This document shows, piece after piece, positions 36,287 to 47,738 of a DNA stretch of 64,000 bases. Numbering within the stretch: the first letter of the stretch is position 1; every line of letters begins with the position of its first letter. The notes beneath the pieces were generated by a model. That model had not been told where the DNA came from and made no database searches. It saw only the letters and a list, made by a program, of their open reading frames with translations. Origin of the DNA: Squalus acanthias (Eukaryota); contig CM059432.1 of NCBI GenBank assembly GCA_030390025.1, positions 41,914,001-41,978,000 of the forward strand, given 5' to 3'. Made by a program: the position numbers and the translations under genes.

Positions 36287-39200
36287 GGGAATGGTAGCAT
36301 AGTGGTTATGTTACTGGACTAGTAAGCAGAGGCCTGGGCTAATGATCCGGAGATCACAGCAGCTGGGGAATTTAAATTCAGTTACTTAAATAAATCTGGA
36401 ATAAAAAGCTAGTATCAGTAATGGTGACCATGAAACTACCGGGTTGTCGTAAAAACCCATCTGGTTCACTAATGTCCTTTAGGGAAGGAAATCTGCCAGT
36501 CCTTACCTGGTCTGGCATATATGTGACTCCAGAGCCACAGCAATACGGTTGACTCTTAACTGCCCTCTGAAATGGCCTAGCAAGCCACTCAGTTGTAACA
36601 AACCGCTACGAAAGCAATAATAATAAAACGGGATGGACCACCCGGCATTAACCTAGGCACCGACTTCGAACACGACAATGGCACACCCAGCTCAGTCGAC
36701 CCTGCAAAGTCCTCCTCACCAACATCTGGGGACTTGTGCCAAAATTGGGAGAGCTGTCCCACAGACTAGTCAAGCAACAGCCTGACATAGTCATACTCAC
36801 AGAATCATACCTTTCAGCCAATGTCCCAGACTCCTCCATCACCATCCCTGGGTATGTCCTGTCCCGCTGGCAGGACAGACCCACCAGGGGTGGCGGCACA
36901 GTGGTATACAGTCGGGAGGGAGCAGCCCTGGGTGTCCTCAACATTGACTCCAGACCCCATGGGCAAGGAAACCTCCTGCTGATTACCACCTACTGCCCTC
37001 CCTCAGCTGATGAATCAGTACTCCTCCATGTTGAACACCACTTGGAAGAAGCACTGAGGGTAGCAAGGGCACAGAATGTACTCTGGGTGGGGGACTTCGA
37101 TGTCCTTAATGTCCACCGTCTTTACCTGGTCTGGCCTATATGTGACTCCAGACCCACAGCAATGTGTTTGACTCTTAACTGCCCTCTGAAATAGCCTAGC
37201 AAGTCCCAGGCGGCACAGTGGTATACAGTCGGGAGGGAGTGGCCCTAGAAGTCCTCAACATTGACTCCGGACCCAATAAAGTCTCATGGCTTCAGGTCAA
37301 GCATGGGCAAACCTCCTGCTGATTACCACCTACCGCGCACCCTCAGCTAATGAATCAGTACTCCTCCATGTTGAACACCACTTGGAAGAAACACTGAGGG
37401 TAGCAAGGGCACAGAATATACTCTGGGTGGGGTCTTCAACATCCATCACCAAGAGTGGCTTGGTAGCACCACTACTGACCGAGCTGGCTGAGTCCTGAAG
37501 GACATAGCTGCCAGACTGGGCCTGTGACAAGGTGGTGAGTGAACCAACAAGAGGGAAAAACCTACTTAACCTCATCCTCACCAATCAACCTGTAGCAGAT
37601 GCATCTGCCCACGACAGCATTGGTAGGAGTGACCACCGCACAGTCCTTGTGGAGACGAAGTCCCATCTTCACACTGAGGACACCCTCCATCGTGTTGTGT
37701 GGCACTACCACAGTGCTAAATGGGATAGATTCAGAACAGATCCAGCAGCTCAAAACTGGGCATCCATGAGGCGCTGTGAGCCATCAGCATCAGCGGAATT
37801 GTATTCCACCACAATCTGTAACCTCAAGGCCCGGCATATCCCTCACTCTACCATTACCATCAAGCCAGGGGACCAAACCTGGTTCAATGAGGAGTGCAGA
37901 AGAGCATTCCAGGGGCAGCATCAGGCGTACCTAAAAATGAGGTGCCAACCTGGGGAAGCTGCAACACAGGACTACATGCACGCTAAACAACGGAAGCAAC
38001 ATGCTATAGACAGAGCTAAGCGATCCCACAATCAACAGATCAGATCAAAACTCTGCAGTGCTGCCACATCCAGTCGTGAATGGTGGTGGACAATTAAACA
38101 ACTAACGGGAGGAGGAGGCTCCATGAACATCCCCATCCTCAATGATGAGGCCCCCACCATCGCAGGAGCCAGTCTTCAGCCAATTCAATTCACTCCACGT
38201 GATATCAAGAAATAGCTGAGCGCACTGGATACAGCAAAGGCTATGGGCCCCGACAACACCCCGGCTGTCATGCTGAAGACTTGTGCTCCAGAACTAGCCG
38301 CGCCTCTAGCCAAGCTGTTCCAGTACAGCTACAACACTGGTATCTACCCAACAATGTGGAAAACTGCCCAGGTATGTCCTGTCCGCAAAAAAGCAGGACA
38401 AATCGAATCCGGCCAATTACTGCCCTATCAGTCTACTGTCAATCATCAGCAAAGTGATGGAAGGCGTCATCGCGCTATCAAGCGGCACTTACTCACCAAC
38501 AACCTGCTCACTGATGCTCAGTTTGGGTTCTGCCAGGACCACTCAGCTCCAGACTTCATTACAGCCTTGGTCCAAACATGAACAAAAGAGCTGAATTCCA
38601 GAGGTGAGGTGAGAGTGACTGCCCTTGACATCAAGGTAGCATTTGAGCGAGTGTGGCATCAAGGAGCCCTCGTAAAATTGAAGTCAATGGAAATCAGAAG
38701 GAAAACACTCCACTGGCTGGAGTCATACCTAGCAAAAAGAAAAATGGTTGTAGTTGTTGGAGGTCAATCATCTCAGCCCCAGGACATCGCTGCAGGAGTT
38801 CCTCAGGGCAGCGTCCTAGGCCCAACCATCTTCAGCTGCTTCATCAATAGCCTTCCCTCCATCATAAGGTCAGAAGTGGGAATGTTCGCTGATGATTGCA
38901 CAGTGTTCAGTTTCATTTGCAATTCCTCAGATAATGAAGCAGTCCATGCCCGAATGCAGCAAGACTAGGATGACATTCAGGCTTGGGCTGCTAAGTGTCA
39001 AGTAACATTCGCGCCACACTAGTGCCAGGCAATGACTATCTCTAACAAGCGAGAGTCTAACTACTTCCCCATGACATTCAACGGCATTACCATCGCCGAA
39101 TCCCCCACCATCAACACCCCGAGGGTAACCATTGACCAGAAACTTAACTGGACCCGCCATATAAATACTGTGGCAACAAGAGCAGGTCAGAGGCTGGGTA

Positions 39201-39779
39201 TTCTGCGGCGTGTGTCTCACCTGACTCCCCAAAGCCTTTCCATCATCTACAAGGCACAAGTCAGGAGTGTGGAATACTCTCCACTTGCCTGGATGAGTGC
39301 AGCTCCAACAACACTCAAGAAGCTCGACACCATCCAGGCCAAAGCATCCCGCTTGATTGGCACCTCATCCACCACCTCAAACATTCATTCTCTCCACCAC
39401 CGGCGCACCATGGCTGCAGTGTGCACCATCTACAAGATGCACTGCAGCAACTCGCCAAGGCTTCTTCGGCTGCACCTCCCAAACCCATGACCTCTACTAC
39501 CTAGGACAAGGGCAGCCGGCGCATGGGAACACCATCATCTGCAAGTTCCCCTCCAAGTTACACACCGTCCTGACTTGGAAATATATCGCCATTCCCCCAT
39601 CGTTGCTGGAACAAAATCCTGGAAGTCCCTCCCTAACAGCACTACGGGAGTACCTTCACCACATGGACTGCAGTGGTTCAAGAAGGCAGCTCACCACCAC
39701 CTTCTCAAGGGCAATTAGGGATGGGCAATAAATGCTGGCGTTGCCAGCAAAGCCCAGAACCCATGAACGAATAAAAAAA
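36287..39779 (+). mobile_element. Near full-length LINE (CR1/L2 group, clade unresolved) with tRNA-derived SINE head and single APE-RT ORF
   Basis: A box at 36295-36305 (B box deleted in this copy), core, APE (KVLLTNIWGL, ILTESYL, WVGDF, SDH), RT (GVPQGSVLGP, FADD), C-terminus SLHHRRTMAAVCTIYKMHC, and 3' tail ending atgaacgaataaaaaaa. Few stops/frameshifts; internal duplication at about 37105-37445. Confidence 0.9.
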
Positions 39780-40081
39780 TAATAATTCCTGCTTTATTTT
39801 AACAGGTATTTTATTATTACTTCCTACAAACTTCTCTGTTCCGAGTATTTATATTGGCTCAAAAATTGTACTCCGCGGCATAGCTCCGGAGTACGCCGCG
39901 GACCTGCGAAAAGAATACGCACCGACCTGATGGGGGCCCTCCTTCGTAAACTTGCTCTCTGACGCTGTGTACTGGAGGGCAGCGTAATGGCCCACGGATT
40001 CCAGAGGCGCAGCCTGTGCGGAAGCGTATCTGGGATCACGTGGGCCTGGTGCTCCAATCACAAAACAGAATTAGATTTTAC

Positions 40082-41089
40082 CCCACCAGCCTCCACATTC
40101 AACGGATCATCCTCCGCCATTTCCGCCACCTCCAGCGTGATCCCACCACCAAACACATCTTCCCCTCACCTCCCCTTTCAGCATTCCGTAGGGACCGCTC
40201 CCTCCGCGACACCCTAGTCCACTCCTCTACCACCCCCAGCACCCCTTCCCCTTCGCCCGGCACCTTCCCGTGCACGCGCAGGAGATGCAACACATGCCCT
40301 TATACCTCCCCTCTTCCCACTGTCCAGGGCCCCAAACACCCCTTCCAGGTGAAACAGCGATTTACTTGTACTTCCTGCAATTTAGTATACTGTATTCGCT
40401 GCTCACGATGTGGACTCCTCTACATTGGGGAGACCAAACGCAGATTGGGTGACCGCTTTGCGGAACACCTCCGTTCAGTCCGTAAGGGGGACCCCGAGCT
40501 CCCGGTGGCCTGTCACTTTAATTCACCGCTTCACTCCCACTCTGACCTCACCGTCCTCGGCCTATTACACTGTTCCACGGAAGCTCAGCGTAAGCTCGAG
40601 GAACAGCACCTCATCTTTCGTTTAGGCACGCTACAGCCCTCTGGACTCAATATCGAGTTCAACAATTTTAGATCATAACCTCAGCTCCAATCACATTTAT
40701 ATTTTATTTTATCCACCCTTTTATTTGTCCCCCCCCACCCTTTTTTTTCCTCCTAGAAGCTGGCAGCTATCCTTCATTCTGCCAGTGGATTTCACACTTC
40801 ATTCAGCCTTAATCTGTCACATTAACACCACCTCTAGCCTTGCATATCTCTTAATGTCTCTTAATGTCTCTTCATCTCCCCCTTTGTTCCTTTATCCCCT
40901 CCCCCTTTTCCCAGCTTTACCCTGGCCTTAAATCTATTTGATTTCCGGCTTTTCTCAGTTCTGATGAAAGGTCATCGACCTGAAACGTTAACTCTCTTTC
41001 TCTCTCCACGGATGCTGCCTGGCCTGCTGAGTTTTTCCAGCGTTTTCTGTTGTTATTTCGGATTTCCAGCATCCGCAGTATTTTGCTAT
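40082..41089 (+). mobile_element. 5'-truncated Penelope-like element (Neptune-like): GIY-YIG endonuclease ORF end plus pLTR
   Basis: Open frame to 40678: GTFPCTRRRCNTC linker, NLVYCIRCSRCGLLYIGETKRRLGDRFAEH (GIY-YIG), GTLQPSGLNIEF. 15-bp TSD agaattagattttac at 40067-81 and 41090-104. Confidence 0.92.
40957..40993 (+). ncRNA. Minimal type I hammerhead ribozyme motif in the PLE terminal repeat
   Basis: AGUU-CUGAUGA-A-AGGUC-AUC-GACCU-GAAA-CGUU-AACU, a perfect consensus core. Confidence 0.85.
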
Positions 41090-42779
41090 AGAATTAGATT
41101 TTACATCATTTCAGAAGGGAATCCCATAATCAGATTTAATTACAATTACTTTACAGGATTGGAATTTAATTCCTAATTAGTTTAATTTCATCAACTTCAT
41201 TAAATCCTAATCTGTTTGTAAAAATTTAATTTTGCTGATAATAATTATCAATATCATTAAAACTCCAATCTTTGCTGAAACAAGAAAAACTCATTTGATA
41301 CAATTAAACAATCCGATTTCCGAGATGAAAATGGTTAAAACATGCCTGAGTTATCCCTTAAGCTGATGCAAATAGGCCTTGCACCTGTTTGCATCAACCG
41401 TAAAATTTTCATATGCAATTGCTGGGCAAATAGCCCAACTCTGCGCCAGCAATTGTTTTTTCTTGGGTCGTGGGGATGATCTGTCAACGTGCTGTACATT
41501 GACAGATCGCAAGTTCGGGATTTAGCGCATATGCAAGCGGAAATCCCGAACTTGCGGTCCATTTCAAAGGTGATATGACAGCGTACTCTCAGAGTACGCC
41601 GTCATACCAATCTCAAATTATGGTCCATTATCTGTATCTCTTTTGGTGCGCTAACCTTTTCTTTTATCCCCAGATTATTTTTATTTTCACCTTTTCTGCA
41701 GTCCTATTTATCCTTTCCACTAGGAGAGAATGGATAAGTGGAGGAGTCCACTACCAACATCTTGCCAGAACACACTGGAAAACGTGGCAGTCTAGGACAT
41801 GTCTGCAGTAGCAAAGTGTCAGGAGGAGGATCTGAGTGCAATTGTGGCTTCCAAGTTGTAGATACAACTGCTTTAATAGATTCTTTACAGCACCATGGGT
41901 CAAGGTTTTCAAGACTATTGGGACTATTCGGTCTGTTAGCCCAAATAAGTCTGTGGCCAGTAGCAGTGGCTGCAAGGAACGATAACAATATCTCGGTCTC
42001 TCATGATAGTGACACTACTGTATCTTCATTCCAGCCCCCTCAGATACCAGCACAAAAGAGCTTTAGGCTATGGCTCGGCAAACGCCAGGAAGGTTCAGCT
42101 GGAAGCTGGCCCTTCAAGGACAGAAACCTCATTGAGGCAAGTTTGCGTGATCTAGTAATGGAGGTCCTCTTCCTTCACCCACCTCCTCGTCCTTCTCACC
42201 ATCACCTGGGAGGCCTAACCGCTTCCTAGTTGCATAATTGTGCAATAGGAAGGTGTCAATTATTCTGGAAACCATGCTGTATTGCAAGGATCCTCCAGAT
42301 TTCTGAGGTACCTGAAGCCGGATTTCAATATGCTGACAGCATGCTCTATAACAATTCAGATGGATGCAAGGGCCACATTATATCTGTTCTCTGCTGCGGA
42401 GGTTGGATGCGTTAGGAAAGGGTTAATCAGATGGCACTGCTATCGATTTCCCTTAATATTAATTTCTTTAAATTAACTGCGTCCAGTACCTTTTCAATTG
42501 TAGCTGATCTCACTAACAGTTTAATTATTCCTTTGATCTAAACAGATCTTGTAAACTTCGAACAAGACCACGAGAGTTTATAAGCCTGAGTGGGTGTGTA
42601 GACAACATGGCATCTTGTAGACTATACGTCTTTCAACTTCACAGGGATGCAGGAGAAGTGCGACATTTTTACGATGGGTAGATGTCTGCTAAGTTGAAGG
42701 TGGCAGGAAAGGGTTGTATTGATCAGACATAAACAGCTGTATGCAAATGCAACCTTGGAAGGCTACATCTGTCAAAGGA

Positions 42780-42909
42780 CACTGTACCTGTACCTGAAGA
42801 AGGAGCAGCACTCCGAAAGCTCGTAATTTTAAATAAAACTGTTGGACTATAACCTGGTGTTGTGCGACTTCTCATTTTTGTCCACCCCAGTCCAACACCA
42901 GCATCTCCG
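42780..42909 (+). mobile_element. 130-bp retroposed insert (second PLE-type family) carrying a hammerhead motif
   Basis: 14-bp TSD catctgtcaaagga at 42766-79 and 42910-23. Confidence 0.8.
42791..42825 (+). ncRNA. Minimal hammerhead ribozyme motif (second family)
   Basis: UAC-CUGAAGA-A-GGAG-CAGCA-CUCC-GAAA-GCUC-GUA: stem I UAC/GUA, stem II GGAG/CUCC, palindromic stem III AGCU. Confidence 0.75.
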
Positions 42910-43212
42910 CATCTGTCAAAGGAATACAGCCTAGGGTGATGGAAAAGTAACACCCTCACAGATTGTTAGAAGGCCTTTGATAGTTCATGTAATGCTGAAA
43001 TATAACAGGATTGAAAAAAAAGGTATAAAAAAAGTGGGGCCTAATCAGCCTTGAAAATCCTCAAGCTCAAAACTGTAAAGTGCATGAATTCTCCAGTGAA
43101 CTCGCATGGTATTGCCACAAGTGCATGTTTAATTAATCAATATTAATTATCATATACTTAATAAATCTGTGAATATCTACCTGTGAACCCTATTATTTTG
43201 AGGAGTAACTTA

Positions 43213-43640
43213 AGAAAAAAAAGACTTGCGCATTTCACGACCTCAGGACGTCCCAAAGCACTTTACAGCTAATAAAGTACTTTTGAAGTGTAGTAACTGT
43301 TGTAATGTAAGAAATGAGCAGCCAAGCTCCCACAAACAGCAAATGTGATAATGATCCGATAATCTGTTTTTAGTGATGTTGATTTGAGGGATAAATATTG
43401 GCCAGGATACTGTGGATAACTCCCTTGCTTTTCTTTGAAATAGTGCCACGGGATCTTTAACGTCCACCTGACAGAGCAGACAGGGCCTTGGTTTAACGTC
43501 TCATCCTAAAGATGGCACCTCAGAGTACTGCATTGGAGTGTCAGCCTAGATTGTTGTGCTCAAGTCTCTGGAGTGGGACTTGAACCCACAACCTTGACTC
43601 CGAGGCGCGAGTGCTACAAACGGAGCCACAGCTGACACGT
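43213..43640 (-). mobile_element. Deu-core tRNA SINE, second copy
   Basis: Colinear with 12825-13215. Head gtcagctgtggctccgtttgtagcact...gtgggttcaagtcccactcc. Confidence 0.8.
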
Positions 43641-43689
43641 AAATAAGAACACCTATCCTATAACAGATGGCCGAGAGCTGTCATCAGTC

Positions 43690-43955
43690 AGAGCTACAGA
43701 GGGTATTCCCTGGTCTCCAATCATCCAAACCAAACCTATGTTCTGGTTCATCAATGCAAGTATTATTGAGTATTGAAGTACAAATTCATCATTGCAACTT
43801 CCTGAGTAACAAGCATTCACATGCAAGATCATGTGGTTGATATCATACACTTGCTACACATTAATAGAATGACATCTCTTTCTGTTGATAAAATAAAGAG
43901 GGTTCTTATGCTGGGCCTTTTATGCAACACAAGTTCCATCAATCACAAACCTGTA
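43690..43955 (-). mobile_element. Old Harbinger transposase fragment
   Basis: VIDGTCVA...FINRKRCHSINV*QVYDINHMILHVNACYSGSCNDEFVL...WMIGDQGIP, the Harbinger catalytic core. Confidence 0.75.
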
Positions 43956-44622
43956 CCATGATATTTCCTCTATGACAAAGTTGTGCAACATGCTACAATG
44001 ATCCTTGGTCATGGAGTAGCCATCAGTCTAGTCTTCCTCCCCCATAAATGGCACCACCCAGTTTATGGAATTGACCCCAGCCCCGGGATTTAGGTCAGGG
44101 TCAACATTGTGACAGACTGGTGGCAGGATGTCCCGCAACGCATCACTTCTGGCAGCAGAGAGGATCTCCAAGAATTGTAGGCCCATTATACTTTGTGACA
44201 ATTCTAAATGTTTATTAGCTATAATATATTAAAAAGTCTTACATCTATTTCTATGTAAATTTGTGACACTGTCATTACACCCTCCTGTCAGTGATGGCAC
44301 CGTGCGCCTAAGTTTTGTATCTCCAGCTCCTCAGCCTATATTGCAGAGAAACCCCATTGCTACAACTAACTCCACTTCGCCACTTCCCAAAATGTGGTTA
44401 CACCATGGGGGATTGACAAGTTTACTTTCCTTTTTTTAATACAAATACTCAGATCTTTTTTACCCAATAAAGTATGTAACTGCTCACAACCATTTTTCAT
44501 ATATGTAGAGTCAGGAAAAAAATAAAACCTAAAAAAAGAATTAAATATATTCAAGGATAATCTTGGACATAAATTTAAAACAATTTATACTGTATTGTAA
44601 AAGTCAAAGTTATCACTCTTAC

Positions 44623-44742
44623 CTTAGAAGATCCTGACATACGTAGAGCTGAATCAGTTCCATTCATAGTGTTTATAGAATTTGCAGACACTATGCTTAG
44701 GCGAGGCTGGTTGTCTTGTAAATGAAGCGTGTTCCTGAAAAT
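44623..44742 (-). CDS. CIBAR1: CIBAR1/FAM92A internal exon, 120 nt (IFRNTLHLQDNQPRLSIVSANS...GSSK)
   Basis: ttttggtag acceptor, AAG|gtaaga donor, phase 0. Resembles human VFRNSLYAPDYSSRLDIVRANS. Confidence 0.85.
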
Positions 44743-46389
44743 CTACCAAAACAACATGAACTGCTACACTAGTCCATTACTGCCCGATAGAAAATAGATC
44801 ACACTGATGGTATGTTCTTAGTTATTTTCCAAATGTTAAAAAAAAAACTTCAGCTTGTGATTATGAACATACTTCACACAAAGGACACAACGTCAGTACT
44901 GCATTAACAGCGGAAAAGTATTAATCCATGGATTCAGGCTCCAAAAATATTTTATAATCAAACTTTTTAAATCAGGTACTGTGAATGATGGCACTAGGCA
45001 GTAAGGTTATCATTGAAACTCCTGGAGTAATTGAAGATACTGCACCAGTAGCAGTGTGAAAATAATGAACGACTGATGGTGTTAAAAAGACAAGAGAAAT
45101 ATGAGGTCTTTTCCATGAATAAAATATTCCCCAGGCTACTGGGAATGTTGGTGTTCTGAAAAATGGTCAATTTCAACTTTTAAAATATATATATTTTTTA
45201 ATATGCATATTAATAGAAACAATAATGTCCAGAGTGCTTTATCGTGATAGGATCTTCAGCTGTCAATGGAATACGTTGTATGGCATGCTTTTGTAAGAAT
45301 CTGCAAGATTATTTGTGTGTGATTTGCCTCAAAAAGGCAGCTGTTTTTTGTGATCCTGTTCCTTGCATTGATGTATAAAAAGTGAAGTGAAAATATAAAA
45401 CAATTATTGCACTAGAAAATGCTGTAGCACTGTGCAGTGAGCACTAATATGTGGCACCACCACAGCATAATGCAGGTTTAAATGTTCATTGAGTTCCCCA
45501 TCTTTGCAGCACTGTGCAGGGAGATACAGGTGTCTGTGTGGGTAGGTGGGAAAAAAGTAACAGAGGGAAAGTCTCCACTAGGCTAATCTCGGTGTGCCTC
45601 TGGGTGATCAGTCAAGAGCAGCGACCCAATTTTACTGGACCAAGTGCTTGACCTTTGGGCAGTGGATGAAGGGGTGGGGTAAGAAGGAAAGGGTAAATAC
45701 CCCAAAAGACTAACTAGTCAAAAAGACTAAAAGAATAAATACTGTATTGTTAAGAAAAAAAGAGACAAATTGGAGAATTTTAAATTTGAAACTTGGGAGT
45801 CATAGGAATTTCCAATAGCTATTAAAATGAAATGTTGTGACGCACTCGGTTAGAAAGTTGTGACGCACTTAGATATTTATACAATAGATATTTATAGTAA
45901 TAAAGCTACTCTACAGCGCATAGAAATTACAGGACAGAAGAGGCCATTCAGCCCATCACACCTGTCCCAGTGCCAGATTCTTAAGAGTTATCCACTTTAA
46001 TCACATGTCCTACTCTTTTCCAGTCTCCCTTTAGGTTACATACATTTTTGTAGATTTTTAAAAATTAATTCAGTGGAAATGCAAAACATATAAATCATAT
46101 GTAATGGACAATTTTAAGTGCAGCTATAATTTACTGATATAAAATACTGATGAAATAAGAAATACTTAAAATGTTATTATTCCACCTAATCAGACTCACC
46201 AAGTAGTTACTGATTTAGTAGATTATGCTAGAATTTGCTGACAACTTTGCATTCAGCCCAGGCTTTTTAGGAAATGCTCACCACATAACTTAACCAGTTA
46301 ATTTTGTTTATGAACAAGAAGCCAGAAGAAAGTAGAACAAGCAATATTTTTAAAATCAAAATTATGTGGTGGACATTGCCTTCAAGATC

Positions 46390-47545
46390 AATGTAGTATA
46401 TTTGGATTTCCAAAAGGCATTCGATAAGGTGCCACATAAAAGGTTGCTCCACAAGATAAGGGCTCGTGGGGTTGGGGGCAATATATTAGCATGGATAGAA
46501 GATTGGTTAACGGACAGAAAACAGAGAGTAGGGATAAATGGGTCATTTTCCGGTTGGCAGGTTCTAACTAGTGGGGTACCCCCAAGGATCAGTGCTTGGG
46601 CCTCAGCTATTTACAATCTATATTAATGACTTGGATGAAGGGACAGAGTGCATTGTATCCAAGTTTGCTGACGATACAAAGCTAGGTGGGAAAGTAAGCT
46701 CTGAGGAGGACACAAAGAGCCTACAAAGGGATATAGACAGGTTAAGTGAGTGGGCAATAAGGTGGCAGATGGAGTATAATGTGGGAAAATGAGAGGTTAT
46801 TCAATTTGGTAGGAAGAATAGAAAAACAGAATATTTTTTAAATGGTGAGAAACTATGAAATGTTGTTGTTCCGAGAGATTTAGGGATCTTGTACAGGAAA
46901 CATAGGATGTGAGCATGCAGGTACAGCAAGCAATTAGGAAGGCAAATGGCATGTTGGCCTTTATTGCAAGGGGGTAAGGAAGTCTTACTACAATCACACT
47001 TGGCTTTGGTGAGACCACACCTGGAGTACTGTGCACAGTTTTGGTCTCCTTATCTGAGGAAGGACATACTTGCCTTAGAGGCAGTGCAACGAAGGTTCAC
47101 TAGATTGATCCCTCGGATGAGAAGGTTGTCCTATGAGGAGAGATTGAGTAGATTGGTCCTATACTCTCAGGAGTTTAGAAGAATGAGAGGTGATCCCATT
47201 GCAACATAGAAGAGATACTGAGATGTTGTTTCCCCTGGCTGGAGAGTCTAGAACTAGGGAGCATTGTCTCAGATAAAGGGTCGGCCATTTAAGACTGAGA
47301 TGAGGAGGAACTTCTTCACTCACATGGTTGTGAATCTTTGGAATTCTCTACCCCAAAGGGCTGTGGATGCTGAGTCATTGAGTATATTCAAGACTGAGAT
47401 AGATAGATTTTTGGACTCTAGGGGAATCAAGGGATATAGAGATCGGGTAGGAAAGTGGAGTTGAGGTTGAAGATCAGCCATGATCTTATTGAATGGCGGA
47501 GCAGGCTCGAAGGGCCGTATAACCTACTCCTGCTCCTAATTCTTA
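46390..47545 (+). mobile_element. CR1 RT to 3' tail, 5'-truncated
   Basis: VYLDFQKAFDKVPHKRLL, PQGSVLGPQLFTIYINDL, KFADDTKL, plus tail. Confidence 0.9.
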
Positions 47546-47569
47546 ATCACTATAGCCTTAAAAACCTCA

Positions 47570-47720
47570 AAACATAGAAAAATAGGAGCAGGAGTAGGCC
47601 ATTTGGCCCTTCGAGCCTGCTCAGCCATTCAATATCATGGTTGATCCTCTATCTCAATACCATATTCCCACTCTCTCCCCATACCCCTTGATGCCTTTTG
47701 TGTCTAGAATAGAAACATAG
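47570..47720 (-). mobile_element. CR1 3' tail fragment, tail-to-tail with the previous copy
   Basis: aacatagaaaaataggagcaggagtaggccatttggcccttcgagcctgctc. Confidence 0.8.
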
Positions 47721-47738
47721 AAGAAAAATACAGCTTAC

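Larger units (their letters stand above)
39856..41626. mobile_element. Harbinger-type non-autonomous element interrupted by a Penelope-like insertion
   Basis: Imperfect TIRs ggctcaaaaattg / caaattatggtcc, 3-bp ATT on both flanks, and subterminal gagtacgccg motifs at both ends. Confidence 0.6.

Noticed and set aside
40016..40678. Standalone host GIY-YIG nuclease gene
   Set aside because: The ORF's first ~22 codons come from flanking MITE and TSD sequence. The rest is a 5'-truncated Penelope-like element bounded by TSDs.
41700..42480. ORFs of 60-163 aa in moderately GC-rich sequence
   Set aside because: I could not recognise any motif or splice-supported exon; probably decayed transposon sequence.
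45834..45870. Short direct repeat gttgtgacgcact x2, and a 20-bp tandem duplication at 57742-57779
   Set aside because: These are isolated micro-duplications with no further structure.
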